Shown piece after piece: positions 39,699 to 50,587 of a stretch of DNA of 64,000 bases. The translations under genes were made by a program, and so were the position numbers. The DNA comes from Myxococcota bacterium (GTDB lineage: Bacteria; Myxococcota_A; SURF-8): NCBI GenBank assembly GCA_965140415.1, contig OZ223209.1, positions 5,504,001 to 5,568,000 of the forward strand, in the 5' to 3' direction. The notes under the pieces are model-generated. The model worked only from the letters and a program-made list of their open reading frames with translations. It was not told the DNA's origin and ran no database searches. Numbering within the stretch: position 1 is the stretch's first letter; the number at the start of each line of letters is the position of its first letter.

Positions 39699-40820
39699 CT
39701 AGCCCGGCGAACTGGCCTTATGATTCAAACGCGCCAGGGCGCGGCGACACTGTTCCGCCTCGCGCAGGCGGTTATGTTCCGGGTAGATGTACAACAGGCG
39801 TTCCAGCATTTCGCGGGCAGCGTTATCATCCCAGGATTGCAGGAAAAACGCATTTTCCAGTTCGACTAGCGCGCCTTCCACGTCGCCACGCTGCTCCAGT
39901 AATCGGGACAACTTCAACCGGGCCTGGTAGTCACGCGGGTCGCTATCGCGCAGAAAACGCATTTTGGGATGATTGGCGATTTCCGCCGGGGGTGGCAGTT
40001 CCGCACCCTCCAAAAAGTCGGCGGCTTCCAATTCGGAAACTTCGGGAATCTTCATATCTCCGGCATGCCACCAGTAGTGATAACCATTGGCGAACATGGG
40101 AGTGCGCAGATGACGCCAATAGGCTTTATGCGCTTCGTTAACACGTCCGCGCATGGCATGCATGCGCGCCTGCCACAACGAAGCCGCTCCGAAACGGGGC
40201 ATCACTTTTTCCGCATCCGCCAGCATACGCTGAGATTGCTGAAAACCATGAGTCGCGAATTGTGAAACAGCAAGATATGTCAATGAAAACGAAGCGTTAC
40301 CGTCGATTCGGATAATCTCCTCGTGCCAGGATTCCGGCGAGGCAGGCGGGCTGCTCATCAGGTCGTATTCGTCCAGATTGCTGCCGCTGCGGAAAAGCTC
40401 GACCACCTTGCTCATTTCATCCCAGTCATCGCTACTGACGGCATCCAGCAGTTCTTTACCCATCCACCACAACAGGAAGCCCTGCATGTGGCTGGAGATC
40501 GGCAGGAAATGGCCGGTTTCATGCAACCAGATGCCGATGGGAATCGAGCCATCCCGATCTTTCCATGGCAGATAGAAGCAGTACATGTCGCCATCGCCTT
40601 CCTCGGCGAACGGCACCAGCCCCGGCATCATTTGCGGAGGTCGCTGAACTTCCGAAACGATATCCCGCATCGGAAAATACCGAAGGAAATGAAGGACTTC
40701 CTCCGGCAGGTTTTCATGGAGATCTAAAAGCGGTTCGGGAATCGCAAAGCCGAATCGATCGGCGAATGAGGCCCGTAAGCTATCGTCGATTTTTTGTGTC
40801 CACAGAAAGAGTTGCGCCAT
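39699..40820 (-). CDS. SMI1/KNR4 (SUKH)-domain protein with TPR-like C-terminus
   Basis: GLVPFAEEGDGDMYCFY...IGIWLHETG...FL.W (SUKH pattern); helical repeats such as RGDVEGALVELENA. Confidence 0.65.
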   Translation of the reverse strand: MAQLFLWTQKIDDSLRASFADRFGFAIPEPLLDLHENLPEEVLHFLRYFPMRDIVSEVQRPPQMMPGLVPFAEEGDGDMYCFYLPWKDRDGSIPIGIWLHETGHFLPISSHMQGFLLWWMGKELLDAVSSDDWDEMSKVVELFRSGSNLDEYDLMSSPPASPESWHEEIIRIDGNASFSLTYLAVSQFATHGFQQSQRMLADAEKVMPRFGAASLWQARMHAMRGRVNEAHKAYWRHLRTPMFANGYHYWWHAGDMKIPEVSELEAADFLEGAELPPPAEIANHPKMRFLRDSDPRDYQARLKLSRLLEQRGDVEGALVELENAFFLQSWDDNAAREMLERLLYIYPEHNRLREAEQCRRALARLNHKASSPG

Positions 40821-41084
40821 TCGTGATCGCTCTCCAGGAGATTCGTTTTTAGCCGGCGCCCTGACCGGACTAAGCACCAGATCGAGGGATAATGCGGCTG
40901 ACTGTACATGAAAAGTGTACGGCTGTCCATCATGAAATGACCTGCCTCGGGAAAAAAATTCGAGTCGCCCGATCCTCCTTGTGAAATGAGCGTTCTCAAA
41001 CGGAATAAGTAGCGGAAATAGCAGTGACTATGCTATGATAGCGGAAGAATTAACTCGCTTCACATTCGAACCAGGGCGTTTTTC

Positions 41085-42785
41085 ATGGACCTGAAAACGG
41101 TATCGGTAGACAAAGACAGCAACGATCGCATTCTTCTCGGGTTGATTTTATTCCGTTTGATGACGATCACCGTGCTGTTGGGATCGACCGCCATACTGAA
41201 CATCCGTCAAGACGCGGATTGGACGCCGGTTCAGTTCATCATTTTCTCCTCTATCGGCGTTTCCTATTTATTATCAATCCTTTACCTGCTTGCACTAAAA
41301 TACAACACCAACTACCATTTTCAAGCACTTGCCCAGTTGGTTGGAGACCTGTTGTTCTGGTCTTGTTTGATCTACTTGACCGGCGGGCTGCATTCGCCCT
41401 TCACATTTCTTTACTCTCTGTCAATCATTCACGGCTCGATTGCCTTAGGCAAACGAGGTGCAGCGTTTGCATTCACCTTCGCGGCCATCTCCTTCTGTGT
41501 TCTGGTGCTTATGGAGCACTACCAGATTTTCCATCTCTGGCTGCAAATCACTGCTTCATTTCAAAGTTTCTGGGATTTAAACGAAATCTATCATTTCTTT
41601 TTAAACATCTGCATGTTCTTTCTAACCACGGTTCTGGCTGCTTACCTGGCCCGGCAAATGGAAATGCGCGAAGCGATCATGGCGCGTCAAAGCATGACGC
41701 TGGAAACGCAACGTATGCTCAACCGTTCAATCATGCTGGGAATCCAAAGCGGCTTTATTCTCTTGAACGACGAAGGGCGCATCACCTTTTTCAACCTGGC
41801 ATCGGAACGCTTTTCCGAGTGGTCCTCCGCTGAAGCCACCGGGCGCATGCTCGACGACGTATTCCCGGCATTGCGCGAGGCCCTGGAAAAGGAAATCGCT
41901 CGAGAAGACTGGGATCGCTTTGTTGAATTCTCAATAGAGCGCGAAGAAGAAAGCAAACGCTGGATAGCCGCCACATTTTCCGACCTGATCGGCGTCAATA
42001 ACGAGCGAAAAGGCTCCATCCTCATTCTGGACGACATCACCAATCGGCACAATTTGGAAGAACTGGCAGCTCGAAATCAGAAACTGGCGGCAATCGGCGA
42101 ACTGGCCGCAGGCATCGCACATGAAATCCGCAATCCGCTGGCGTCGATTTCCGGGTCAATTCAGCTTTTGCAATCCGAACTTCCCCCGGATGATGAAAAC
42201 GGGAAACTGATGGAAATCAGTCTTCGTGAAACGGATCGCCTGAATACGCTGATCGGCGATTTCCTGGCTTATGCTCGTCCCAATCCGCTATCGACACAAC
42301 TGGTATTCATCCACGAAATGATGGAAGATCTGGTAGAGTTGATCGGTGGTGACCCGAAATTCGGAGATGTGCGCATCCGAATCGAATACGCTCCCTGGGT
42401 GCCTCAATTAATCGGAGATAATGCCAAGATCCGACAGATCCTCTGGAACATTCTAAAGAATGCCGTAGAATCGGTCCTGGAAAATCCAACCGGCGTCGTA
42501 TGGGTGAGTGTGGAGGGAATCACGGTTTTGGAGCGGCCAGAGGGAGAAGGCGTACGTTTCCGAATTCGCGATAATGGAACGGGGATGTCCCCGGAAACCA
42601 GAGCGAAAATTTTCGATCCATTCTTCACCACGAAAGAAGACGGTACAGGACTGGGTATGGCGATCGTATACCAGCTGGTAAAGTCGCACCAGGGAGAAAT
42701 CACGGTGGATTCCAAACCGGGACGCGGAACGGAATTTACGATTTCCCTGCCTTGCCGACCAAGTTTACCGCCGACGGCTGAATAA
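41085..42785 (+). CDS. pilS: Type IV pilus sensor kinase PilS
   Basis: N-terminal TM domain (FRL..., TGG..SPF.FLY), PAS, HEIRNPL, DPFFTTK, GTGLG; directly upstream of an NtrC-type regulator and pilD. Confidence 0.85.
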   Translation: MDLKTVSVDKDSNDRILLGLILFRLMTITVLLGSTAILNIRQDADWTPVQFIIFSSIGVSYLLSILYLLALKYNTNYHFQALAQLVGDLLFWSCLIYLTGGLHSPFTFLYSLSIIHGSIALGKRGAAFAFTFAAISFCVLVLMEHYQIFHLWLQITASFQSFWDLNEIYHFFLNICMFFLTTVLAAYLARQMEMREAIMARQSMTLETQRMLNRSIMLGIQSGFILLNDEGRITFFNLASERFSEWSSAEATGRMLDDVFPALREALEKEIAREDWDRFVEFSIEREEESKRWIAATFSDLIGVNNERKGSILILDDITNRHNLEELAARNQKLAAIGELAAGIAHEIRNPLASISGSIQLLQSELPPDDENGKLMEISLRETDRLNTLIGDFLAYARPNPLSTQLVFIHEMMEDLVELIGGDPKFGDVRIRIEYAPWVPQLIGDNAKIRQILWNILKNAVESVLENPTGVVWVSVEGITVLERPEGEGVRFRIRDNGTGMSPETRAKIFDPFFTTKEDGTGLGMAIVYQLVKSHQGEITVDSKPGRGTEFTISLPCRPSLPPTAE

Positions 42786-42799
42786 GGAGGAATGGCCTT

Positions 42800-44218
42800 A
42801 TGGCGCAACAAATACTGGTCGTTGATGACGAACGGAGCATGCGGGATTTCCTTTCGATTTTTCTAAAAAAGAAAGGATATGAAGTCACCTGCGCCAGCAG
42901 CGGTGAAGAAGCCCTGCAACTGATGGGCAATCAGGCTCCCGATCTGGTCATCTCCGACATTCGCATGCCGGGCATGGATGGTATGAGCCTGCTGCGCGAA
43001 GCGAAGAACAAGAAAGTCCCTTGTGAGTTCATTGTAATCACAGCCTTCAGCAATACGGCGGATGCAATCGTCGCCATGAATGAAGGGGCCTACGATTATA
43101 TCAACAAGCCCTTCAAGCTGGACGAGATCGAAATCACCATCAAGCGCGCACTGGAGAAACGCAGCATTGAAGATGAAAACATCAAGCTGAAACAGGAACT
43201 CTCCAAGCGTCATCCGCACAGCAATATCATTGGAAAAAGCGAAGCGATTACCCGTATTTTCGACTTGATCAATCAGGTGGCCGACACCAAAACCACGATT
43301 TTGATTGCCGGAGAAAGCGGAACGGGAAAAGAATTGGTAGCGCGGGCGGTACATGAAACCTCTTCGCGTCACAATGAACCCTTTGTTACGATCAACTGTG
43401 GTGCGATTCCTGCCGAACTGATGGAAAGCGAGTTATTCGGGCACGTGAAAGGCTCCTTCACCGGGGCGATTCGAGACAAAGAGGGCCTGTTTACCGCCGC
43501 CTCCAACGGCACGTTGTTTTTGGATGAAGTTTCCGAGCTTCCACTGGCGTTACAGGTAAAATTGTTACGGGCATTACAGGAGCGCAAGGTTCAACCGGTC
43601 GGTGGCATGGTGGAAATTCCCATCGATACGCGCGTAATCGCCGCCACCAACCGCGATCTGCTGGAGGCCGTCGATAAAAACAGATTTCGGGAGGATTTGT
43701 ACTATCGCCTGAATGTCATACAGATCAAACTTCCGCCCTTGCGCGAACGCAAGGATGACATCCCCCTGCTGGTGCAGCATTTCATCGAACGTTTTTGCAA
43801 GGAAAGCGGACGTGAACGACTGAGAATCAGCGAAGCGGCGATGATGATCCTGCAAAGCCATCGTTTTCCAGGCAACGTGCGCGAACTGTCCAATCTTATC
43901 GAACGAGCCGTGGCGCTGGAAACGACGGAGCAGATTCGTCCCAAAAGTCTTCCCAATGCGTTGTTGGAACTACACATCAACAAGCCGCAGGAGATTGGGA
44001 CGCATTCGCATGATACCGAAATCGACATCGGCAAAGGCGTTAACCTGGATGAGATCCTGGACAATCGCGAACGGGAGTTGATCGGCAAGGCACTGGACTA
44101 TACCAGCGGAGTAAAGAAAGACGCCGCCCGCCTGCTGGGCATCAGTTTTAGATCGTTGCGCTACCGGCTGAAAAAGCTGGGCATGGAAGACGATAGCACG
44201 GGCGAAACGGAGGAGTAA
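42800..44218 (+). CDS. pilR: Sigma54-dependent response regulator PilR
   Basis: REC domain, GESGTGKE, GSFTGA, PGNVREL, AARLLGISFRSLRYRL. Confidence 0.88.
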   Translation: MAQQILVVDDERSMRDFLSIFLKKKGYEVTCASSGEEALQLMGNQAPDLVISDIRMPGMDGMSLLREAKNKKVPCEFIVITAFSNTADAIVAMNEGAYDYINKPFKLDEIEITIKRALEKRSIEDENIKLKQELSKRHPHSNIIGKSEAITRIFDLINQVADTKTTILIAGESGTGKELVARAVHETSSRHNEPFVTINCGAIPAELMESELFGHVKGSFTGAIRDKEGLFTAASNGTLFLDEVSELPLALQVKLLRALQERKVQPVGGMVEIPIDTRVIAATNRDLLEAVDKNRFREDLYYRLNVIQIKLPPLRERKDDIPLLVQHFIERFCKESGRERLRISEAAMMILQSHRFPGNVRELSNLIERAVALETTEQIRPKSLPNALLELHINKPQEIGTHSHDTEIDIGKGVNLDEILDNRERELIGKALDYTSGVKKDAARLLGISFRSLRYRLKKLGMEDDSTGETEE

Positions 44219-44222
44219 GGGA

Positions 44223-45077
44223 ATGATCATTTTGTGGGAGACAATCATCGCGGCCTTCATCTTTCTGATGGGCGCCTCGATTGGAAGTTTTTTGAATGTG
44301 GTGATTTATCGCTTACCAGCGAACGAATCGATCGTTCGTCCTCGTTCACGCTGTCCCAAATGCGGGCACCAGATCACCTGGTACGAAAACATCCCGATTT
44401 TGAGTTACATCATACTGGGCGCAAAGTGCAGAGAGTGCAAGTCGCCGATATCCATACAGTATCCAATGATTGAGCTATTGACGGCCACCTTGGCGCTGGC
44501 GATTTATTTCAAATTCGGGCTGACCTGGTCACTGCCGGTCTATTTTATTTTTGCAGCCGCTTTAATCGCCGTTACGTTCATCGACATTCCCTATCAGATC
44601 ATTCCCAACGAAATCTCCCTACCGGGAATCGCCCTGGGCTTTGGCGCCAGTTTCTTGACCCATCAAGTGACCTGGGTGGATTCGCTGGTTGGAGCGGTGG
44701 TAGGCTTTTCGCTGATCGCGCTGATTGCAGTCGGTTATTATATCCTGACCAAGCGGGAAGGCATGGGGATGGGCGACGCCAAACTACTGGCCATGATCGC
44801 CGCCTTTCTGGGCTGGCAGTCCATCCCCTTCATTCTCATGGCCGCCTCGCTGCAAGGCTTGGTGATCGCGCTGGCTGCCATCACGTTCGGCTGGATGCGC
44901 AAAGAAGCGCCCCTGCCCGACCCAGAGGATTGGGAAAATGGCGAACGACCGGAGGCGGAAGAAGTCGATCTGCGCCTGGCAGCCGTGCCATTCGGACCCT
45001 TTTTATCGCTAGCGGCATTGGAATTTCTCTTTTTCGGCCAGATCTACCTGGAGTTTCTGCAATCCATGGGGAGGTAA
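44223..45077 (+). CDS. pilD: Prepilin peptidase/N-methyltransferase
   Basis: GSFLNVVIYRLP, CPKC/CREC, FID, GMGMGDAKL, PFGPFL. Confidence 0.96.
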   Translation: MIILWETIIAAFIFLMGASIGSFLNVVIYRLPANESIVRPRSRCPKCGHQITWYENIPILSYIILGAKCRECKSPISIQYPMIELLTATLALAIYFKFGLTWSLPVYFIFAAALIAVTFIDIPYQIIPNEISLPGIALGFGASFLTHQVTWVDSLVGAVVGFSLIALIAVGYYILTKREGMGMGDAKLLAMIAAFLGWQSIPFILMAASLQGLVIALAAITFGWMRKEAPLPDPEDWENGERPEAEEVDLRLAAVPFGPFLSLAALEFLFFGQIYLEFLQSMGR

Positions 45078-45083
45078 GCGCCG

Positions 45084-46754
45084 ATGTTGCGGTTCCGCTT
45101 TCTCGTCTCCTTACGCTTTCAGATCATCATGGCCATCTTGACCCTGGTGATCACTGCCGTCATGTTGATGGGACTGCTGGTTACTTATCTTTCACGTAAT
45201 TTCATTATCGAGGAAAAGAAGAATCTCGGTGTACTTTCCGCCTCGCTGATTCAACAAGGGCTGGCTCACCCGACCCCGGCGGAAGCCCAAAGCGGACCGG
45301 AAGGGCTGCAACGTCAGGCCGAGCGAATCACAATGGAGTATTTCAACGCTTCCCAGCATCACTCCATTACATTCTTTAACAATCGCCACGAAATCATCTG
45401 GTCCACCCTGCGTTCGGGTTATTGGCCTTACGCCAAGGTTTTCGGACAAAGCCTGCAATTTCCCATCCGCCACATTCAGACCGTTATGGAAGAAGACCCG
45501 GCCAGCGGCGAAGAAGTCATGGTGATTTTCCTTTCCTGGCGCATCGACGGCAACCAGGTAGGCACCGTACAGATCGTACAACCGCTATTGCCCCCGGAAA
45601 AAAGGTTTCTGTTCAGCGGAAAGCTGGTGGTCGCTTTTGCCGCCGGATATGCAGGGGTCGTGATTCTGTTCGGCATCTTGCTGCTGACCCAAATGGTAAT
45701 TCTACCGATACAGAATCTCAATCGCGGCGTGCGCCGCTTGATGGCCGGAGAACGCAACTTCCATATACCGGAGGGAGACCCGAACGAAATCGGGCAGTTG
45801 GCGCAAAGCTTCAATGAAATGGCCAGGCAACTGTTCGAAAATGAAAATCGACAGGCGGAACAGATCAAAGAACTGCTGGAGGTCAACGAAGAACTGGAAT
45901 TGACCCGTCGCGGTCTGATCCGCACCGAAAAACTGGCCAGTATCGGTCGATTGGCAGCAGGTGTCGCACATGAAGTCGGCAATCCGCTTTCTGCCATCCG
46001 AGGGTACATCGACTTGCTTATGGATGGCGACATCGACGAAGAAAGCCAGCGTGACGTTCTACTGCGCATGCAAAAAGACGCCACCCGCATTCACCATATC
46101 ATTAGTGGCTTGCTGGATTATTCCCGCTCGCAAAAAGAGCAGGTCAAACGGCATGACCTCAACATCGTGATCGAAGAAACCATCGACCTGATCCAGCCGC
46201 AAAAGCAATTGAAGCGCATCTCCTTCGATTTCATCTCTCACAAACGACCGGCCCAGGTGCGCATCGATGCCAACCAGGTACAACAGGTGCTCGTCAACCT
46301 GTTTTTAAATGCCAGCCATGCCATGGGTGAAGAGGGTGCAATCACAATCTTTTTAGAACGTATGATTTACGACCCGACCGTGACCTTCCGCCAATTTTCA
46401 GACAATTTCCGCCCCGGTCAGGCATTGATTTCGCTCTCGCTGATCGATCAGGGAACAGGAATGAGCGAAGAATTACAGGCCCGGATTTTCGACCCATTCT
46501 TCACAACCAAGGAAATCGGTAGTGGAACCGGACTGGGTTTATCGGTCGTAGATAAAATCATCGACACCTTTGGCGGAGTGATTACCGTAACCAGCGAAGA
46601 GAACGCAGGAGCGGCATTCATAATCTTATTGCCCGAAGACCCGGAACCTCAGGAAGAGTTACAGGAAAACACCTCTACCGATGATTCCACGGAAGAAAAC
46701 GTTTCTTCTATTGATGAGGGAGAGGAAGAAGAAATCCCTGAATTTATTGGGTAG
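45084..46754 (+). CDS. HAMP-domain sensor histidine kinase (PilS2-like position)
   Basis: Two TM helices, HAMP (EIGQLAQSFNEM), HEVGNPL, DPFFTTK, GTGLGL. Confidence 0.9.
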   Translation: MLRFRFLVSLRFQIIMAILTLVITAVMLMGLLVTYLSRNFIIEEKKNLGVLSASLIQQGLAHPTPAEAQSGPEGLQRQAERITMEYFNASQHHSITFFNNRHEIIWSTLRSGYWPYAKVFGQSLQFPIRHIQTVMEEDPASGEEVMVIFLSWRIDGNQVGTVQIVQPLLPPEKRFLFSGKLVVAFAAGYAGVVILFGILLLTQMVILPIQNLNRGVRRLMAGERNFHIPEGDPNEIGQLAQSFNEMARQLFENENRQAEQIKELLEVNEELELTRRGLIRTEKLASIGRLAAGVAHEVGNPLSAIRGYIDLLMDGDIDEESQRDVLLRMQKDATRIHHIISGLLDYSRSQKEQVKRHDLNIVIEETIDLIQPQKQLKRISFDFISHKRPAQVRIDANQVQQVLVNLFLNASHAMGEEGAITIFLERMIYDPTVTFRQFSDNFRPGQALISLSLIDQGTGMSEELQARIFDPFFTTKEIGSGTGLGLSVVDKIIDTFGGVITVTSEENAGAAFIILLPEDPEPQEELQENTSTDDSTEENVSSIDEGEEEEIPEFIG

Positions 46755-46760
46755 TAGAAG

Positions 46761-47219
46761 CTACTGTTGCAGGCAGATAAACAGGTAAACTTCGCCAACG
46801 CCTTCCGCTTCGAAAGTCGTTTTAACCACCGGAACATCTCGTGGTTGCGAAATAATCAAAGGCTGGCCATATAGCACAGTCGGCAGAGACATCGTCAGTT
46901 TGATATTATTGAATTTGCTTTTAGCACCGGCGATGATGTTCAGGATTTCACCGACGGCATCGCAGGCGGCATCATCTACTTCGGTGACTTCTTCTCCGAT
47001 AAACCGGCTTATCAATTCCAAAGCCACATTATCCGGAAAGCTGATACCCAAAGAGATCTGTGCATCTCCTGAAAGGCCGATCAGGGCGTATACACCGTTC
47101 ATTTTAAACCGGTGTTCACCAGTATCCAGCCCTTTGAACGTGAGCTTGGTATCCATCATCGAATCGAAACATTCCGATGAAATTTCCACGAAGGGACGAA
47201 TAAGATCCTGAATTTTCAT
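46761..47219 (-). CDS. cheX: Chemotaxis phosphatase CheX
   Basis: ALIGLSG, DAVGEILNIIAG (ExxN), MSLPTVLYG. Confidence 0.88.
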   Translation of the reverse strand: MKIQDLIRPFVEISSECFDSMMDTKLTFKGLDTGEHRFKMNGVYALIGLSGDAQISLGISFPDNVALELISRFIGEEVTEVDDAACDAVGEILNIIAGAKSKFNNIKLTMSLPTVLYGQPLIISQPRDVPVVKTTFEAEGVGEVYLFICLQQ

Positions 47220-47551
47220 TCTTGGTTTTCCCCGACTGCAAATGAGCCCCTAATTGGGTCCAGCGAATCGAATTGAGACTGCAATCTCTCTGTGCACGAC
47301 AAACAACCATCCAAAGGTGACTTCTTATCAAAGTAGCGAACCTTCCCACGGTTGGCAATTTCTTTTTTTTCTATTGCTGATAAATTCTCTCAAGATTCCT
47401 GTCGTCATTCGGCACCGAACATGCTAAGCTTGAGAAACTAGCTGGACACCTTGCAGTCCATCTATGCCTACAAACGGTTTAACACCTCATGCACGTGATT
47501 TGTCAACAGAGCTGAATCGAAAGCTACTTTTCAAAACCGGGTGTACCTCTG

Positions 47552-48505
47552 ATGAATCGACAACAAGTTGAAGAATCTACGTTGAATTGGAGAAACGAAG
47601 AGCAGGAAGCCTTACGCAAAGATGCGATCAGGGGTTTTCTTATCTTCTTGGCCATTTACACTCCCTTTTCCATTGCCTATTACCTTGGTCGTTTCTTGTT
47701 CGATCTGGGCGACTCCGTTAACTTCGACATTTACAATGCCGCCGTGATTTTAAGTGCGGCAACTGTCGTTTTGTTTACCGTGTCTCTTATTATCACGGTG
47801 TTGGCAGGTCGACTGAAGATGCCAGCGCGGATTAAGCTTTTTCGCTTTACTGTCTTTTTCACGGCATTGCTGTTCATTTCGATGCTGCTGATACACATGC
47901 ATTTTGCCGGTTCGCAAAGCTCTATCATGTCGTTAATGATCCTCTCAACCGGATTTGCGGTTTCCTGGTTTTTACCCTGGTTCGACAGTATGCTGTTGAT
48001 GATACTTGGCCACGCCGGAATCGTGATCCTGGTAGTACTGGAAAAGAACGGCATTTTGCCGTACTTGCCTTTGCTAAACCAGGGCGATCAACTGGGTGAA
48101 ATCTTTCTGCGACCCGAGGCAATTTTCACCAACGCCGGTATTTATATCACCAACCTCACGATCGTCGGATTGATTTTCATCCGTTCCAGAAGAGCCTTGA
48201 ACAAGGCGCGTCTGGATCAGCAGTCCACCAACCAGAATTTGAAACAGGAAATCGAATTCCGCAAACGCAGTCAGCGAGAAAAAGAAAAACTGATCGAGCA
48301 ACTGCAAAAAGCGTTGAAGGATGTCAAGGAACTGAAAGGGCTGTTGCCGGTATGCGCGAACTGCAAAAAGATTCGCGATGATCAAGGCTACTGGCAGCAG
48401 TTGGAAGCCTATCTGCAAACGAATTCAGATATCGAAGTCACCCACTCCATCTGTCCCGAATGCGCCAAACGGCTCTATCCGGAATTTGTAGATGACGAAG
48501 AGTAG
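47552..48505 (+). CDS. Multi-TM membrane protein with C-terminal Cys/His zinc-binding domain
   Basis: 5-6 TM helices, coiled coil, LKGLLPVCANCKKIRDDQGYW...THSICPEC. Confidence 0.8.
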   Translation: MNRQQVEESTLNWRNEEQEALRKDAIRGFLIFLAIYTPFSIAYYLGRFLFDLGDSVNFDIYNAAVILSAATVVLFTVSLIITVLAGRLKMPARIKLFRFTVFFTALLFISMLLIHMHFAGSQSSIMSLMILSTGFAVSWFLPWFDSMLLMILGHAGIVILVVLEKNGILPYLPLLNQGDQLGEIFLRPEAIFTNAGIYITNLTIVGLIFIRSRRALNKARLDQQSTNQNLKQEIEFRKRSQREKEKLIEQLQKALKDVKELKGLLPVCANCKKIRDDQGYWQQLEAYLQTNSDIEVTHSICPECAKRLYPEFVDDEE

Positions 48506-48769
48506 CTTGACACCCCAATCAACGGTTTAGAGCAAACGTACATCAGAATCACCAACCCAACCAAACACCGATTGGCATGGAACAAAGAATGAGATGAGTG
48601 TTGCCGCCGATGCTTTAATGCTATTGTACCAATATGCCCAATAAGAATTTACAGAAAACCTGGATAATCAGTTGCAAAGTTCAAGGATTTAAGTTTATGA
48701 TCTTTGTATCGAGCAGTAAGGCCGCTTCAACCTGTGACAAATGGCCATCCAAAGCCTAAGGAAAACAGA

Positions 48770-50587
48770 ATGACCTTTGGACAATTATCCAATCAGCAGT
48801 TGATTGAGGAACTTGTTTTGTCGCAGGTTCGCGCACAGGAACTACAGGAAGAAATCCGGCAGCGCAATTTGCAGGGAAAAGGTAAAATTCACTTGGTAAA
48901 TCGCTCTGCGGATTTAGCCCGCTTTGCGGTGGATCTGGTGGAACTGCCTATCGAAACCGACATTTATGAATTCCTGGCAAAGGAGCTTTACGGGTTACAA
49001 AGTTCTATTCTGGTCGCCGTATTCGAGAATGACAGCTACACGAGAGAGGCGAACTGCAAAGCCATCAAAGTCATGGATGCCATTCGAACGAGACTGATTG
49101 CCGCAATTGGACACGATCTTATCGGCACCAAACAGTCAGAACTTCCTCAGAAACTACTGGTCGAATTGAAAAACAGTCGTGTCTTCGAACTGGAAGGCGG
49201 CTTTTCGCCTTTTCTGGATATCTGGTTTCCCGATTTTGCGAAAAAATTGCATGAGCCATTGGCAGGCATTGAAAGTGGCTTCATGATCGGCTTTGTGCGC
49301 CATGGTCAACTTTTCGGCAGTGCGCTGATCGGCTTGGGCAAAGGCCAAAGCATCGACAGCAATATTGTAGAAACCTTTGGTTCGCTGGTTTCCGTAGCCT
49401 TGCAACGCAGGCGCGCCGAAGAAAAGAACCAAAATCTCCAGGGACAATTGGAGCAAGCACAGAAAATGGAGGCCATCGGACAGCTTGCCGGAGGAATCGC
49501 ACATGATTTCAACAACTTGCTCACTGGAATCACCGGCAATATTTCTCTATTGCAGATGGATCTGGAATCCAGCGATCCCATTTACGATATCCTGACGGAA
49601 ATCAATGAAGCGGCTACAAGAGCCAGCAGTTTGACGCGCCAGCTATTGGCTTTCAGTCGCAAGCAGATTATCGAGCCGCGCGTACTTGATTTAAACGACC
49701 TGGTGCTCAATTTACAGAAAATGCTGGGACGACTCATTGGGGAAAACATTTCATTGACCACTCGCCTGAGTTCGGAGCTTTCCCAAATCCAGGCGGATCC
49801 CGGACACCTGGAACAAGTGATTGTCAACCTTGCCGTAAATTCGCGCGACGCCATGCCTTCCGGCGGCAAATTGACGATAGAAACGAAAAATGTTGAATTA
49901 AACGAAGAGTACAGTCGTTCTCATCCTCCAGCCCGACCGGGAAAATATGTGTTGATGTCCGTGCGCGATACGGGAACGGGTATGGATAAAGCCACCTGTT
50001 CGCGCATCTTCGAACCGTTTTTCACCACCAAGCCACTGGACCACGGTACCGGGCTGGGTCTGGCAATGGTGTATGGCATCGTAAAACAGCATAATGGTTG
50101 GGTCGAAGTGGATTCGGAATTGGGACAGGGCACGATATTTCGAATTTACATGCCGCAAGTGAACAATAGGAAACAGCAAACCCTGGAAACACCAACCGGA
50201 ACGCCATTGCCGACCGGCCATGAAACGGTGTTGGTAGTCGAAGATGAAGCAGTTGTGCGCAATATCGCGGTGCGTATTTTAGGAAGACAAGGATATCGCG
50301 TTTTGCAGGCTAGCGATGGAGCGGAAGCATTGGATGTGGTTGCAAACTCCTCGCGACCCATTAACTTGCTGGTAACGGATATGGTTATGCCGGGTATGAG
50401 CGGCAAACAGGTTGCGGATCAACTGCTGGAACAGTATCCGAAACTGCGGGTGCTGTATACTTCGGGCTATACTTCAGGAGAAATTGTCGATCATGGAGTA
50501 TTGGCGGAAGGTGTCAATTTTCTGGGGAAACCCTATTCTCCGGAAGACATTGCCGTTCGAGTTCGCGAAATTCTCGATTCGAAATAG
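48770..50587 (+). CDS. Hybrid histidine kinase (GAF-like, HisKA, HATPase, REC)
   Basis: AHDFNNLL, NLAVNSRDAM, EPFFTTK, GTGLGL, VLVVEDE...LLVTDMVMPG...KP. Confidence 0.93.
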   Translation: MTFGQLSNQQLIEELVLSQVRAQELQEEIRQRNLQGKGKIHLVNRSADLARFAVDLVELPIETDIYEFLAKELYGLQSSILVAVFENDSYTREANCKAIKVMDAIRTRLIAAIGHDLIGTKQSELPQKLLVELKNSRVFELEGGFSPFLDIWFPDFAKKLHEPLAGIESGFMIGFVRHGQLFGSALIGLGKGQSIDSNIVETFGSLVSVALQRRRAEEKNQNLQGQLEQAQKMEAIGQLAGGIAHDFNNLLTGITGNISLLQMDLESSDPIYDILTEINEAATRASSLTRQLLAFSRKQIIEPRVLDLNDLVLNLQKMLGRLIGENISLTTRLSSELSQIQADPGHLEQVIVNLAVNSRDAMPSGGKLTIETKNVELNEEYSRSHPPARPGKYVLMSVRDTGTGMDKATCSRIFEPFFTTKPLDHGTGLGLAMVYGIVKQHNGWVEVDSELGQGTIFRIYMPQVNNRKQQTLETPTGTPLPTGHETVLVVEDEAVVRNIAVRILGRQGYRVLQASDGAEALDVVANSSRPINLLVTDMVMPGMSGKQVADQLLEQYPKLRVLYTSGYTSGEIVDHGVLAEGVNFLGKPYSPEDIAVRVREILDSK

